Source: Nitrosopumilus sp. (GTDB lineage Archaea > Thermoproteota > Nitrososphaeria > Nitrososphaerales > Nitrosopumilaceae). Taken from it: a DNA stretch of 64,000 bases. The notes below the pieces were generated by a model. It did not search any database. It was not told the DNA's origin and saw only the letters and a program-made list of their open reading frames with translations. Position numbers and translations under genes: made by a program. Positions 35,691 through 44,450 of this stretch are shown one piece after another (the stretch's first letter is position 1; each line of letters starts with the position of its first letter). The DNA lies in contig CBDBLO010000002.1 of NCBI GenBank assembly GCA_965207075.1, positions 1,216,001 through 1,280,000 on the forward strand. Direction: 5' to 3'.

Positions 35691-36256
35691 ACGCGCGCGG
35701 ACACCGTCTTTCAACAATCAACACCCCCGCCCTCCTTCCGCGCGCGCCGCGGACACCGGGGAAACGCGCGCGCCACCACCTTACGACAAACGACGGGCCG
35801 GCGCGACAAGCCACATAACTGACGCGCGCGGACACATCTACCGGCTGACGCGCGCGTACCACATGACGCGCGCGCCACCTCCAAGACAAAAACGGGGCGC
35901 GCCGGTACCACGCGAAAAAACGGAGACCGTGCCGCGCGCGTACCCACCGCGCGCTTCAGACGGTATCTCTTCCCTCCGTCTCTCCTCCAACACTCTCCCC
36001 CCCACGCGCGCGCCACTCTAGCCACCCATTCCAACAACACGCCGCGCGAAGAAAGAGAACTGACGAACGCGCGCGACAACGCGGACGCGGGTGAAAGTGA
36101 AACGCGCGCGGACACCGGGACGCGCGCGCCCGGCTCCCCTCCAACTCCCGCGCCGTTCGTTTCTGTTAATAGGAAGTATGACGACGGTGGATGAAATACG
36201 ACGAAATTACACAATAGTATATTGCCCTTCAGCCGTCTGGAGGGAAAACGCGCGCG
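35691..36256. repeat. Dispersed array of ACGCGCGCG (10 copies) in non-coding DNA
   Basis: Copies at 35691, 35764, 35822, 35848, 35866, 36004, 36067, 36102, 36120, 36248. Confidence 0.85.
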
Positions 36257-36302
36257 CCAAGCGTTTTTCACGCCCTTTTAACAAACCCGTATTCCTGCAT
36301 TC

Positions 36303-37106
36303 GTGGAACAAACGCCACAAGACGAGGAAGCCGACCACCACGCCGGGCGCCGCGTGCTGCAGTTCTTCGTATGCCTGTCCGTCGTGATGCTGGTCGCGGC
36401 CATTGCAATCTCGATACACGGAGACCTGCCCCCCGGCGCCTCGGCGCAGACGTCGTCCGTTGACAATATGCTTGATGCCCTGCGCGCGGCGGACGACGAC
36501 GCGCGCGACAATCCGCCCACCTCCTGGCGCCTCGGCGACGGCCTGCAGTCGGGTGACTCCTTTACCTACCAAATATGTCACGACGCGCGCGCGGTGCAGT
36601 TCGCCCACCCCCACGACTGCTATATCCTGCGCATGGATTTCATCTACCGCACCATCCACCACGCGTACGGCAACGCCGGCGTGTCGGGCGGCCTGATATG
36701 GATTGTGGACGCCTCCTTTCTGACCGCCGACGGCAAGGACCGCCGCACCATACTGTTTGTAGACGAGCACTTCGGCGTGCACGCCACCACCTCGCTCGAC
36801 CGGCAGCTCGCGGCCTCCGTGGAGCATACCATCATGCGCCTCGCCGAGTATGGGCGGCAGAACCTGTCCGTGGGCTCGCACTGGGGCGACGTCAAGACGC
36901 ACTTCACCACGGTGCCGCTGTCCGTCGTATCGTGGGACGGCGACCGCACGGCGACGCTGGGATACGACGTCGGCGAATACGAGTCGCGCACCCTCATAAC
37001 GACGGACGTGCCATTCCCGACGTACAGCCTGTGGTTTGAACCGAACGACGCCCTGCCGGGGGAGCCGCGCAAGCAGCACGCGTACACACTGCTCGGGAGG
37101 GAGTGA
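36303..37106 (+). CDS. Membrane-anchored extracellular protein of thaumarchaeal type
   Basis: N-terminal TM; WxLGDGLQSGDSFTYQIC...C motif. Confidence 0.65.
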   Translation: MEQTPQDEEADHHAGRRVLQFFVCLSVVMLVAAIAISIHGDLPPGASAQTSSVDNMLDALRAADDDARDNPPTSWRLGDGLQSGDSFTYQICHDARAVQFAHPHDCYILRMDFIYRTIHHAYGNAGVSGGLIWIVDASFLTADGKDRRTILFVDEHFGVHATTSLDRQLAASVEHTIMRLAEYGRQNLSVGSHWGDVKTHFTTVPLSVVSWDGDRTATLGYDVGEYESRTLITTDVPFPTYSLWFEPNDALPGEPRKQHAYTLLGRE

Positions 37107-37264
37107 CAGACGCCCCCCACAATGCAAGCCCGCATTACCCCAGCTAAAAGCCACGCGCGCGCACCGGCACCCGTCCCTTCGGCCGGTTTTTGCCGGAAAA
37201 ACCCCCCAGACCCAACACAATTAAGCCACACACGCGTGGAAGAAACAGGAGATGATCACACAGC

Positions 37265-38782
37265 ATGAACCCCATAGTAGTCATTGGACTGGTGTCCGTC
37301 GTGGTAGCCGGCATGTACAGCGTGTACGACGGATTGGAGAAGCAGGCCGAACTCGCCGCCCTGCACGCCGACATGCTGGCCCGGCAGCACGCCGAGCACT
37401 CCGTCTTCGTACATGGCGAGGTGCAGGACGACGGCACGAACATCATATTTGTGAACAACGGCCCGCAGCCAGCCGAGCTCGTGCAGGTTCGCGCGTATGA
37501 CTCCAGCGTCGAGCCAGCGCCGTTAGTCAACACGTGGCAGGTGTCGTACGAACTGCCGCCGCTCGGCAGGTTCAACCTCACGGACGCGTCCTCCCCGCTG
37601 CCGCCCCCACCGTCCGACCTCAGGGGCACGACGCTGAGGAACGCGCTGGACGCCGACACGTCATACCGCGGGGTGACGTCTGCCGGCGGCATATTCGAGA
37701 TCACGTATGACCCGTCGTCCGCCATTATCACCCCGGACGGCGCGTTCGGCCCCATGTCCGCCGTGGAGTTTGACAGGGGAAGCGGTTCAAGGTCCCACGC
37801 CGGCGGCGTCACCACGACGGCCTACTATTACTCCGATCCGTCCATAACCTGCAAGACGCGATACGCAGTCGCGGGTACGTCCTATACCAAGTACTATGAC
37901 TTCATAGCCGTGTACAACCAGCCGTACAGCGTTTCCACCACCGGCCCCGGCCCCACCTACACGCACCAGCCGGCCGGCAGCGCGTCGTGGGACTACTTTG
38001 TGTTTGACCGCACTGGCAGCGACATTTCCAGCATCCTGCACTGCAGCAACTACGGCACAGTTATCGACGGCATCCCCGGCCCCCAGCAGAATGAGTCACC
38101 CCAAAACTTCCCAACGTACATCACGCAGCATTCGACATATAGCAACGTGTTCTACCGCACCCTCTCCACTACGAGCACCACCGTCAACCTCAGCCTGCCG
38201 CTTGACGGCGAGTTCACGGCACCGGCCGACGGCAAGTTTCTCCTTCGCGTCGATGCGCCTGTCACCGCGACCACCTCCGCCTCGTACGACGGCTCGAACC
38301 AGCTGATGTTCGTAAACAATGTGTGCCTGACCCAGTCCAATTACCCCCCTGTGGATTACGAGACCGTCACGGAGAACACCGTCAGCCAGTGGGAGTCCTC
38401 CCTCGGCACCCCCGCCCTCACGTCCTCGCTCAACGTCAGGATAAACGGGGTGTCCGCCGGAAGCCTCGGCCTGTCAGATGTGGTCCTGACGGACAGCAGC
38501 GGCGTGGGTGGCAGGAACTATGTCTTTGACAGGTGGGCCGACGGCGGCGGATGGGACTGCACCCTGACGCTGACCGCCGACATCGACGGCTCCTGGCTGC
38601 ACGGCGGCACCCTCACCGGCTGGACGACCGTCGATGCGCTGGACGGCGACCTCATTGAGATTGACGGCACGGTCAGGCTGCGGTACACGCCGCCGTCCGT
38701 TTCCTCCGCCACCATCGACACCACCGGCGCCAGGCTTGAACTGGACGACCCGCTGTTCACCGTGGGCCTGCTGCACAACTAG
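37265..38782 (+). CDS. Large pilin-like adhesin (pilin-type N-domain + Ser/Thr-rich beta domains)
   Basis: Hydrophobic N-helix, ...E..., IIFVNNG..AEL motif like archaeal pilins. Confidence 0.6.
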   Translation: MNPIVVIGLVSVVVAGMYSVYDGLEKQAELAALHADMLARQHAEHSVFVHGEVQDDGTNIIFVNNGPQPAELVQVRAYDSSVEPAPLVNTWQVSYELPPLGRFNLTDASSPLPPPPSDLRGTTLRNALDADTSYRGVTSAGGIFEITYDPSSAIITPDGAFGPMSAVEFDRGSGSRSHAGGVTTTAYYYSDPSITCKTRYAVAGTSYTKYYDFIAVYNQPYSVSTTGPGPTYTHQPAGSASWDYFVFDRTGSDISSILHCSNYGTVIDGIPGPQQNESPQNFPTYITQHSTYSNVFYRTLSTTSTTVNLSLPLDGEFTAPADGKFLLRVDAPVTATTSASYDGSNQLMFVNNVCLTQSNYPPVDYETVTENTVSQWESSLGTPALTSSLNVRINGVSAGSLGLSDVVLTDSSGVGGRNYVFDRWADGGGWDCTLTLTADIDGSWLHGGTLTGWTTVDALDGDLIEIDGTVRLRYTPPSVSSATIDTTGARLELDDPLFTVGLLHN

Positions 38783-38819
38783 CGCGTCCGCCTTTTATCC
38801 TCCCCGCCGCCCTGCCGGC

Positions 38820-38954
38820 ATGGCAATCGAGACAAACGTGCCGTGCCCTGAGTGCGGCCGCATGCTCATGCAGTCCATGGGGGACGGGGACGATTACGCG
38901 TCATGTCCGGACACCGCCGGCTGCGGGTGGTCCGGGAAGCCGCCCGAGTCCTGA
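38820..38954 (+). CDS. Zn-ribbon microprotein
   Basis: CPECG...CPDTAGCGW; own TATA. Confidence 0.65.
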   Translation: MAIETNVPCPECGRMLMQSMGDGDDYASCPDTAGCGWSGKPPES

Positions 38955-39017
38955 CTCCGGCGTAGGAGAAACCAGTTGACTGCACGGCGGTTAAATGCAA
39001 CCACGCGTCCTGCATGC

Positions 39018-39158
39018 ATGTCATCATACGGCGAATGTCCCGCGTGCGACGACAGCACACAACTCGAGAAGATGGAGGTCGACATAGGCGGCGGCCCCGA
39101 CACCCTCGTCACCGTGCAGTGCCCCAAGTGCGGGTTCAACCCGGAGGCCGGGCACTAA
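39018..39158 (+). CDS. Zn-ribbon microprotein
   Basis: CPAC...CPKCG; own TATA. Confidence 0.65.
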   Translation: MSSYGECPACDDSTQLEKMEVDIGGGPDTLVTVQCPKCGFNPEAGH

Positions 39159-39228
39159 CCTACGGGTGTCGCGAACGCGCCGCCGCATGAAACCATCCGC
39201 CTTAAACGCAAACCCATACCCGTGTGGT

Positions 39229-39393
39229 ATGAGCGGCGAGTTTGTAAGCAGGTCAGACGCCGCCTGCCCCAAGTGCGGCGGCTGGACGTGCCGCATCGAC
39301 GACGAGAGCGCCGTCAAGGAATACTGGTCGGGTGGCGCGACGGTTGACGCCAAGTGCACCGAGTGCGGCGAGCCAGTCCATACAACGAGGTGA
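39229..39393 (+). CDS. Zn-ribbon microprotein
   Basis: CPKCG...CTECG; own TATA. Confidence 0.65.
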   Translation: MSGEFVSRSDAACPKCGGWTCRIDDESAVKEYWSGGATVDAKCTECGEPVHTTR

Positions 39394-39475
39394 TCCTCCT
39401 GCAGTTTCGCCCGACGCCTTCCCTCCATAATCCCCTCCACCGCACCACCGCCCTGGTGCAGGAGCATGACGCCGC

Positions 39476-40111
39476 ATGATCATCGCCATCGAAGGAATAG
39501 ATAAGGCGGGCAAGCGGACGCAGGCCGTCCTGCTGCGGGACGCGCTCCAGAAGAGGCTCGTGGAATCCGCGCTCATCGACTTTCCGACAAAGGGCACGCT
39601 GACCGGCGAAGCCGTCGCCGCATACTTCAGAAACACCGCGCGCTCCGACCTCTACCCGTCGCACCACCGGCACGTCCTTCCGTGTCTGGCGGCAGCCGAC
39701 ATGTGGGCTGCCTCCGGCAGGGTCGAGTCGGCCCTCCGCATGCGCGACGTACTGGTGTTGAACCGGTCGCCGGCGTCCAACCTGGCGTACGGGCGGGCCG
39801 CTGAACTGAACCACGCATGGCTCCGCAGCCTGACGGCAGGCCACCCGGCCAACGGCACGCCGAGACTCACCGTCCTGTTGGACATGCCCGTCTCCGAATC
39901 CTTCAGGCGCGTCCCGGAAAACCGAGACGCCTTTGAGTCCGACCGTCATTTCCTGAACGACGTGCGCGCCACCTACCTGTCAGAGGCCCGCAGGCATAAA
40001 TGGACGGTCGTGCGCGCCAACCGCCCCGCCGCCGACGTACACCATACCATACTGCGCAGGGTGATGCCGCGCATACGCGAAGTGTTGCGACAGCGGGAGG
40101 CGGCGTTGTAG
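39476..40111 (+). CDS. tmk: Thymidylate kinase
   Basis: IAIEGIDKAGKRTQ P-loop, FP, LNR...SNLAYG, LDMP. Confidence 0.9.
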   Translation: MIIAIEGIDKAGKRTQAVLLRDALQKRLVESALIDFPTKGTLTGEAVAAYFRNTARSDLYPSHHRHVLPCLAAADMWAASGRVESALRMRDVLVLNRSPASNLAYGRAAELNHAWLRSLTAGHPANGTPRLTVLLDMPVSESFRRVPENRDAFESDRHFLNDVRATYLSEARRHKWTVVRANRPAADVHHTILRRVMPRIREVLRQREAAL

Positions 40112-40129
40112 CGCCTTCTGTGGCATGAA

Positions 40130-40200
40130 TAGCGAGACACGGAGTCGAACCGCGGACCTCAGGTTATGAGCCTGGCATGTTACCGTTACACCACATCGCT
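40130..40200 (-). tRNA. tRNA-Met(CAT), initiator-like A1-U72, with stem mismatches
   Basis: AGCGATG/TCTCGCT, CCAGG-CTCATAA-CCTGA, CGCGG-TTCGACT-CCGTG. Confidence 0.8.
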
Positions 40201-40224
40201 GTAACTTATGGCGTCCGCAGGTTC

Positions 40225-40464
40225 TTATGCCTTTTGACCCGAGGTACTGGTGCAAATCCATGACCTGAGCGTCCTGACCACACACTCCGGACACAAAACA
40301 ATTCCCGCATTGCCAGTCATCACGTTCATCCTGTCCTGGTACTCCCTGCGTTCACCGTACTTCTTGATGCAGTGAACATCGGTGAACCAGACAATGCAGC
40401 ACAGCGAGATGCCGTGCCGCATCCCCCGCCAGAACTCCCTGTACTTTCCGGGCAGCATCATCAT
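40225..40464 (-). CDS. Small Cys protein (G..LCCIxWF...CPEC)
   Basis: Motif pattern; start uncertain. Confidence 0.55.
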   Translation of the reverse strand: MMMLPGKYREFWRGMRHGISLCCIVWFTDVHCIKKYGERREYQDRMNVMTGNAGIVLCPECVVRTLRSWICTSTSGQKA

Positions 40465-40648
40465 GACATGCAGCAAACCACATTTACACGTCACGGATTT
40501 GCGCCAGCATCCGACTGGATGAATCCCGGCCCGCGTGTTATGGTATGCACGTTCTAGCCAATAAATTATGGTACAGTTGTAATGGTGCATACCATATGCG
40601 CCATAATATTCATGCCATTATTGTGCGAACTGCAAAGAACCCAGCGGG

Positions 40649-40855
40649 TCAGGCCCACTTGTCAGGGCTCTTTTTCCTGACGTGCTTTCCGTCGATCGAT
40701 ACGGTGTCCCCATGCTCAAAGACCGTGTGCCACCTGCCGTTGCTGGGAAATATCCTGTCCATCTCGACTATCCTCTTCCTGGTGGGCGGCCTGTTCGTCA
40801 GGGCCCCCCACTTCATGTTGTCGATTTTTGGCATTATGTCGTTTATGTCCCTCAT
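40649..40855 (-). CDS. Conserved thaumarchaeal-type hypothetical protein
   Basis: MRDINDIMPKI.NM.WGAL...FPSNGRWHTVFE recognised from Nitrosopumilaceae. Confidence 0.7.
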   Translation of the reverse strand: MRDINDIMPKIDNMKWGALTNRPPTRKRIVEMDRIFPSNGRWHTVFEHGDTVSIDGKHVRKKSPDKWA

Positions 40856-40911
40856 TACAGCACGCCTGCCCGGTTCTCCTTAAAAACATCACTTATGCGG
40901 TTGCCATGCAA

Positions 40912-43680
40912 TCAGGCGGAGCACGCGCTGAACCCGCAGTGGTTGCAGTGCGAGCACCCCTCGGACAACACGATCTGCTTACCGCACGACGGGCAATCGC
41001 GCCCGCCGTCGGGGGCGGCTGCACCCTCGTCCTTCTCTGCGGACTCGTCCGCCTGTTTGTCACTGCCGGCGTCCTCCTTTTCATCAGCCTCAAACGCGTA
41101 CGACAGCACGTCGCGCACGTAGTCGCTGCCCCGCCGTAACTCCTCTATCACCCCGCGCGTGGCGTCGGACACCCTGCACATGCGTATGTTGTCAGCGGCC
41201 GCCGCCTTCCTGCCTCCCCCTACCTTCTGGTCGTTGCCGACCTCTCCGCCGGACTTGCCGTGGTGGAGCACCTGCTTGTCCCTCGAACCGTCGCGGTATA
41301 CGGTGATCCCCTTGAGCCCCAGTTCGTGGGCCAGCGCGTACGCCGCCCGCACGTCGTTGATGTCAGTGCTGGACGGCATGTTGATCGTCTTTGATATGCT
41401 GTTTGCAATCCAGCGCTGCCACACGGCCTGCGCCATGAGGTGGTCGGCCCAGTGTATGTCCGCCGCAGTCACGAACACGCGGCGCATGTCCTCCGGCATG
41501 TCCGCGTCGGCCCGTATGCTGCCGCCCGCCTCCGTTATGCGCTCGGCCGCCTCCTCGCTGTACAGGCCGCGCGCCTCGAGTTCCGCCTTCAGGTCGTGGT
41601 TCGCGTAGTGAAAGCTCCCCACCGCCACGTGCTTCTCATAACTCAGAGCGAACACCGGCTCCATGCCGTTCGAGCAGCTGGCGATCATCGCGATGGTGCC
41701 AGTCGGCGCCACCGTCGTGGTTACGACGTTGCGTATGCCGTGCTCCCTGACGCGCGCAGCCAGCCCCTTCCAGTCGCATGTCCGCCCGCGCAGCGGCGAG
41801 TCCTCCGGACCGATGCCGTCCTCGAACGCGCCGGCCACGGGCAGCCTCCCGTCCACGTATTCGGTCTTGTCGTACAGCCCGAACGTCCCGCGCTCCCTGG
41901 CGAGTTCGACCGACTCGTCCATCGAATAATAGGTGAGGTACTCGGCCAGCTGCGCCTGCAGGGCGAACCCCTCGCGAGAGTTGTACGGTATGCGCAGCTT
42001 GTAAAGCAGGTCGGCCACGCCCATGACGCCCAGGCCGATGCGCCTCGACTCCCTGGCGGCTACGGCAATCTCCGGTATGGGATAGAGGTTCGCGTCCACC
42101 ACGGCGTCCAAAAACCTCGTGGTCGTCCGTATGGCCCGCACGTACCCCTTCCAGTCGAACTTGCCGTCCCCGTCCAGCAGCCCCGCCACGTTTATCGACC
42201 CGAGGTTGCACGACTCGTACGGGTACAGGCTCTGCTCGCCGCACGGGTTCGTCGCCCGCAGCGGCCCGCCCCTGGCCTTGGCGAACACGTTGTGCTTGTT
42301 GCAGTTGTCCAGAAATATCAGTCCCGGTTCAGCCGACATGTACGCGCTCATGGCAATGTCGTCCCACAGCTTGCGCGCGTCGGTCTCGCCCGCGGGCTCG
42401 CCCGTGCGCGGGTTCCGAGAATGGTATTTTTCGTCCTCCACCACGCACTTCCAAAAGTCCCCCCACATCCCGACGGACACGTTGAAGTTTTCCAGCACCT
42501 TGGGCTTCTGCTTGGCCCGTATGAAGCCCTCGATGTCGGGATGCCATACCTCGAGTATCCCCATGTTCGCGCCGCGCCTCTTGCCGCCCTGCTTCACCAC
42601 CTCGGTTATCGCGTTTACGATTCCCATGAACGACACCGGTCCGGACGCCACCCCGGACGTGCTGGCCACCATGTCACCCTCCGGCCGCACGTCAGAATAG
42701 TTTATGCCGACGCCCCCGCCTGACTGGAATATCATCGTGGCGTCGGTCGCAGCCTTCATTATGCTGACAAGCGAGTCTCCCACGCCCAGTACGAAGCACG
42801 CGGACAGCTGCCCCAGCCTCCCGCCGGCGTTCATCAGCGTCGGGGAGTTGGGCATGAACTTTTGCCCCACCATCAGGTCGTAATACGCGTCAATCTTGTC
42901 GGCCACGTGGTCCAGTTCCCCGCGCTTGATCATGTCGAGCAGTTCCTTGAACGGTACGGACACGCGCGGCGCCGCGTCTGCGTACGCCCTTACCAGCGCC
43001 CGCAGGTGCCACCTGTTGAGCGCGTACCTCCCCACGCGCAGCCTGCCGTCAAAGTAGTCGGCGGTGTCGGAGTACGATACGGCCTCCTCGCGGCGCCTCT
43101 GCGCCTCCGCCCCGTCGTCCTCCCCGCCGTCAGGCAGCGCCACCTTTCCGTCATGTATCAAATCCGGAATCCCCATGAGCAGGGCCACGCGCTCGAACAG
43201 CTGCCTGGGCGTCTCTATGATCTCCCCGTCGTCATTCCGGAACAGGTACCGCGAGGCCAGCACGCGCAAACATGATATGTCGAACCTCTTTGACACGTCG
43301 CACAGCCGAACCCGCCTGCCCAGAACCTCCTGCTTTTCCGTCCTGGCCTGCCGGTGCTCGTGCCTGTACCGTATGTAGTCCCTAGCTATCTGCACGTGCC
43401 CCCCAGCGAGCAGTGCGTCCTCGACCATGTCCTGCACGTCCTCGACGGTGAGTTCCCGGTGCCTGTGGTCCACTCTCTCGATGCGCCCCATCACGGCGCC
43501 GCAGACTTCGCCGGCTATGCGGGCGGCATCCGGTTCATTCGACTCCGCGGCGGCCTTCCGGATTGCGTTCCTTATAAGACCCTGGTCAAACTCGGCCTCC
43601 GTCCCGTCCCGTTTCCTGATTGTCTGAACCGGTACGGTGGAGACAGTGGTTGACAATACGCCCAAGACGGCCTGTTGCAT
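40912..43680 (-). CDS. nrdJ: Class II (adenosylcobalamin-dependent) ribonucleotide reductase with ATP cone
   Basis: KRDG ATP-cone, PNSPTLMNAG, LSACFVL, TNPCGEQ, APTGTI, ISKTIN, C-terminal CPSC..CNHC..C. Confidence 0.95.
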   Translation of the reverse strand: MQQAVLGVLSTTVSTVPVQTIRKRDGTEAEFDQGLIRNAIRKAAAESNEPDAARIAGEVCGAVMGRIERVDHRHRELTVEDVQDMVEDALLAGGHVQIARDYIRYRHEHRQARTEKQEVLGRRVRLCDVSKRFDISCLRVLASRYLFRNDDGEIIETPRQLFERVALLMGIPDLIHDGKVALPDGGEDDGAEAQRRREEAVSYSDTADYFDGRLRVGRYALNRWHLRALVRAYADAAPRVSVPFKELLDMIKRGELDHVADKIDAYYDLMVGQKFMPNSPTLMNAGGRLGQLSACFVLGVGDSLVSIMKAATDATMIFQSGGGVGINYSDVRPEGDMVASTSGVASGPVSFMGIVNAITEVVKQGGKRRGANMGILEVWHPDIEGFIRAKQKPKVLENFNVSVGMWGDFWKCVVEDEKYHSRNPRTGEPAGETDARKLWDDIAMSAYMSAEPGLIFLDNCNKHNVFAKARGGPLRATNPCGEQSLYPYESCNLGSINVAGLLDGDGKFDWKGYVRAIRTTTRFLDAVVDANLYPIPEIAVAARESRRIGLGVMGVADLLYKLRIPYNSREGFALQAQLAEYLTYYSMDESVELARERGTFGLYDKTEYVDGRLPVAGAFEDGIGPEDSPLRGRTCDWKGLAARVREHGIRNVVTTTVAPTGTIAMIASCSNGMEPVFALSYEKHVAVGSFHYANHDLKAELEARGLYSEEAAERITEAGGSIRADADMPEDMRRVFVTAADIHWADHLMAQAVWQRWIANSISKTINMPSSTDINDVRAAYALAHELGLKGITVYRDGSRDKQVLHHGKSGGEVGNDQKVGGGRKAAAADNIRMCRVSDATRGVIEELRRGSDYVRDVLSYAFEADEKEDAGSDKQADESAEKDEGAAAPDGGRDCPSCGKQIVLSEGCSHCNHCGFSACSA

Positions 43681-43766
43681 ATAAGCGGTCGTAATTACAT
43701 GATCATGTAAAATGCAGTATCCGCGGCGCGACATATGTTGTCCGCGCCGCCACAGCCATCGTCGCA

Positions 43767-43952
43767 TCACGCGCCGCCGTCAGAGCATTTGTCACACAAG
43801 GAATCGGCGTCCAGCCCCCTGAGGCAAACCCGCCTGCCGCACTTTGAGCAGTTTTTGAGGCAGGACTCGCACGCTTGGCGGCTGCAGTCTGGGCACGACG
43901 ACGCGCAGGGCGCGCTGCACAGGAAGCATCCGCCCGTGGGCGGCTCCGGCAT
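43767..43952 (-). CDS. Poly-CxxC microprotein
   Basis: Five CxxC. Confidence 0.7.
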   Translation of the reverse strand: MPEPPTGGCFLCSAPCASSCPDCSRQACESCLKNCSKCGRRVCLRGLDADSLCDKCSDGGA

Positions 43953-44137
43953 TATTTACCACGCTCCCTGCACTCGCCGCATACCTTGCCGGTACCGCCA
44001 ATCTCCGACGGACAAACGTAGCGGAAGCAGCCGGAGCAGTACTTGGCGCATGAGTCACACACCAGCTTCCGGCAGACGGCGCAGATCATGATGTGGACCG
44101 GGACGGACCCGCACGCCACGCACTTTTCAGCCATCAC
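43952..44137 (-). CDS. Poly-CxxC microprotein
   Basis: Five CxxC; paralog of neighbours. Confidence 0.7.
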   Translation of the reverse strand: MMAEKCVACGSVPVHIMICAVCRKLVCDSCAKYCSGCFRYVCPSEIGGTGKVCGECRERGK

Positions 44138-44158
44138 GGACTGAGCCGGCCCGCGCTT

Positions 44159-44380
44159 TTAAGACTGGGAAAACAGCTTCTTCTGGCCGCCCCAGCTGCC
44201 GCCGCACGCGTGCTCCGACTGGCCGTGCCACGCCTTGCAGATCTTGCCGCCGCACTTGCCGCACTCTACCATGCACCTGGGGCAGGCGTGCTTGCCACAC
44301 AGGGCGCACGGGGACGTGGTACCGCGCGCGTAGCAGATGGTACAACTTCCGCCACTCCCGTCATTTGCCTCCGGCATCAC
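44159..44380 (-). CDS. Poly-CxxC microprotein
   Basis: CTIC..CALC..CPRC..CGKC. Confidence 0.7.
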   Translation of the reverse strand: MMPEANDGSGGSCTICYARGTTSPCALCGKHACPRCMVECGKCGGKICKAWHGQSEHACGGSWGGQKKLFSQS

Positions 44381-44450
44381 ACGGGATGCCCGCGGCCGTG
44401 TTTAAAGGGCTCCGGCGGCGGCCTTTTAACCAACGCGCGCGCTTCGTATC

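Noticed and set aside
35691-36256. CRISPR-like repeat/spacer array
   Set aside because: Repeat is only 9 nt, spacing is irregular (18 to >130 nt) and no cas genes are present.
40912-43680. Intein or intron in nrdJ
   Set aside because: NPCGEQ and other motifs are contiguous; no splice-junction motifs or large insertion seen.
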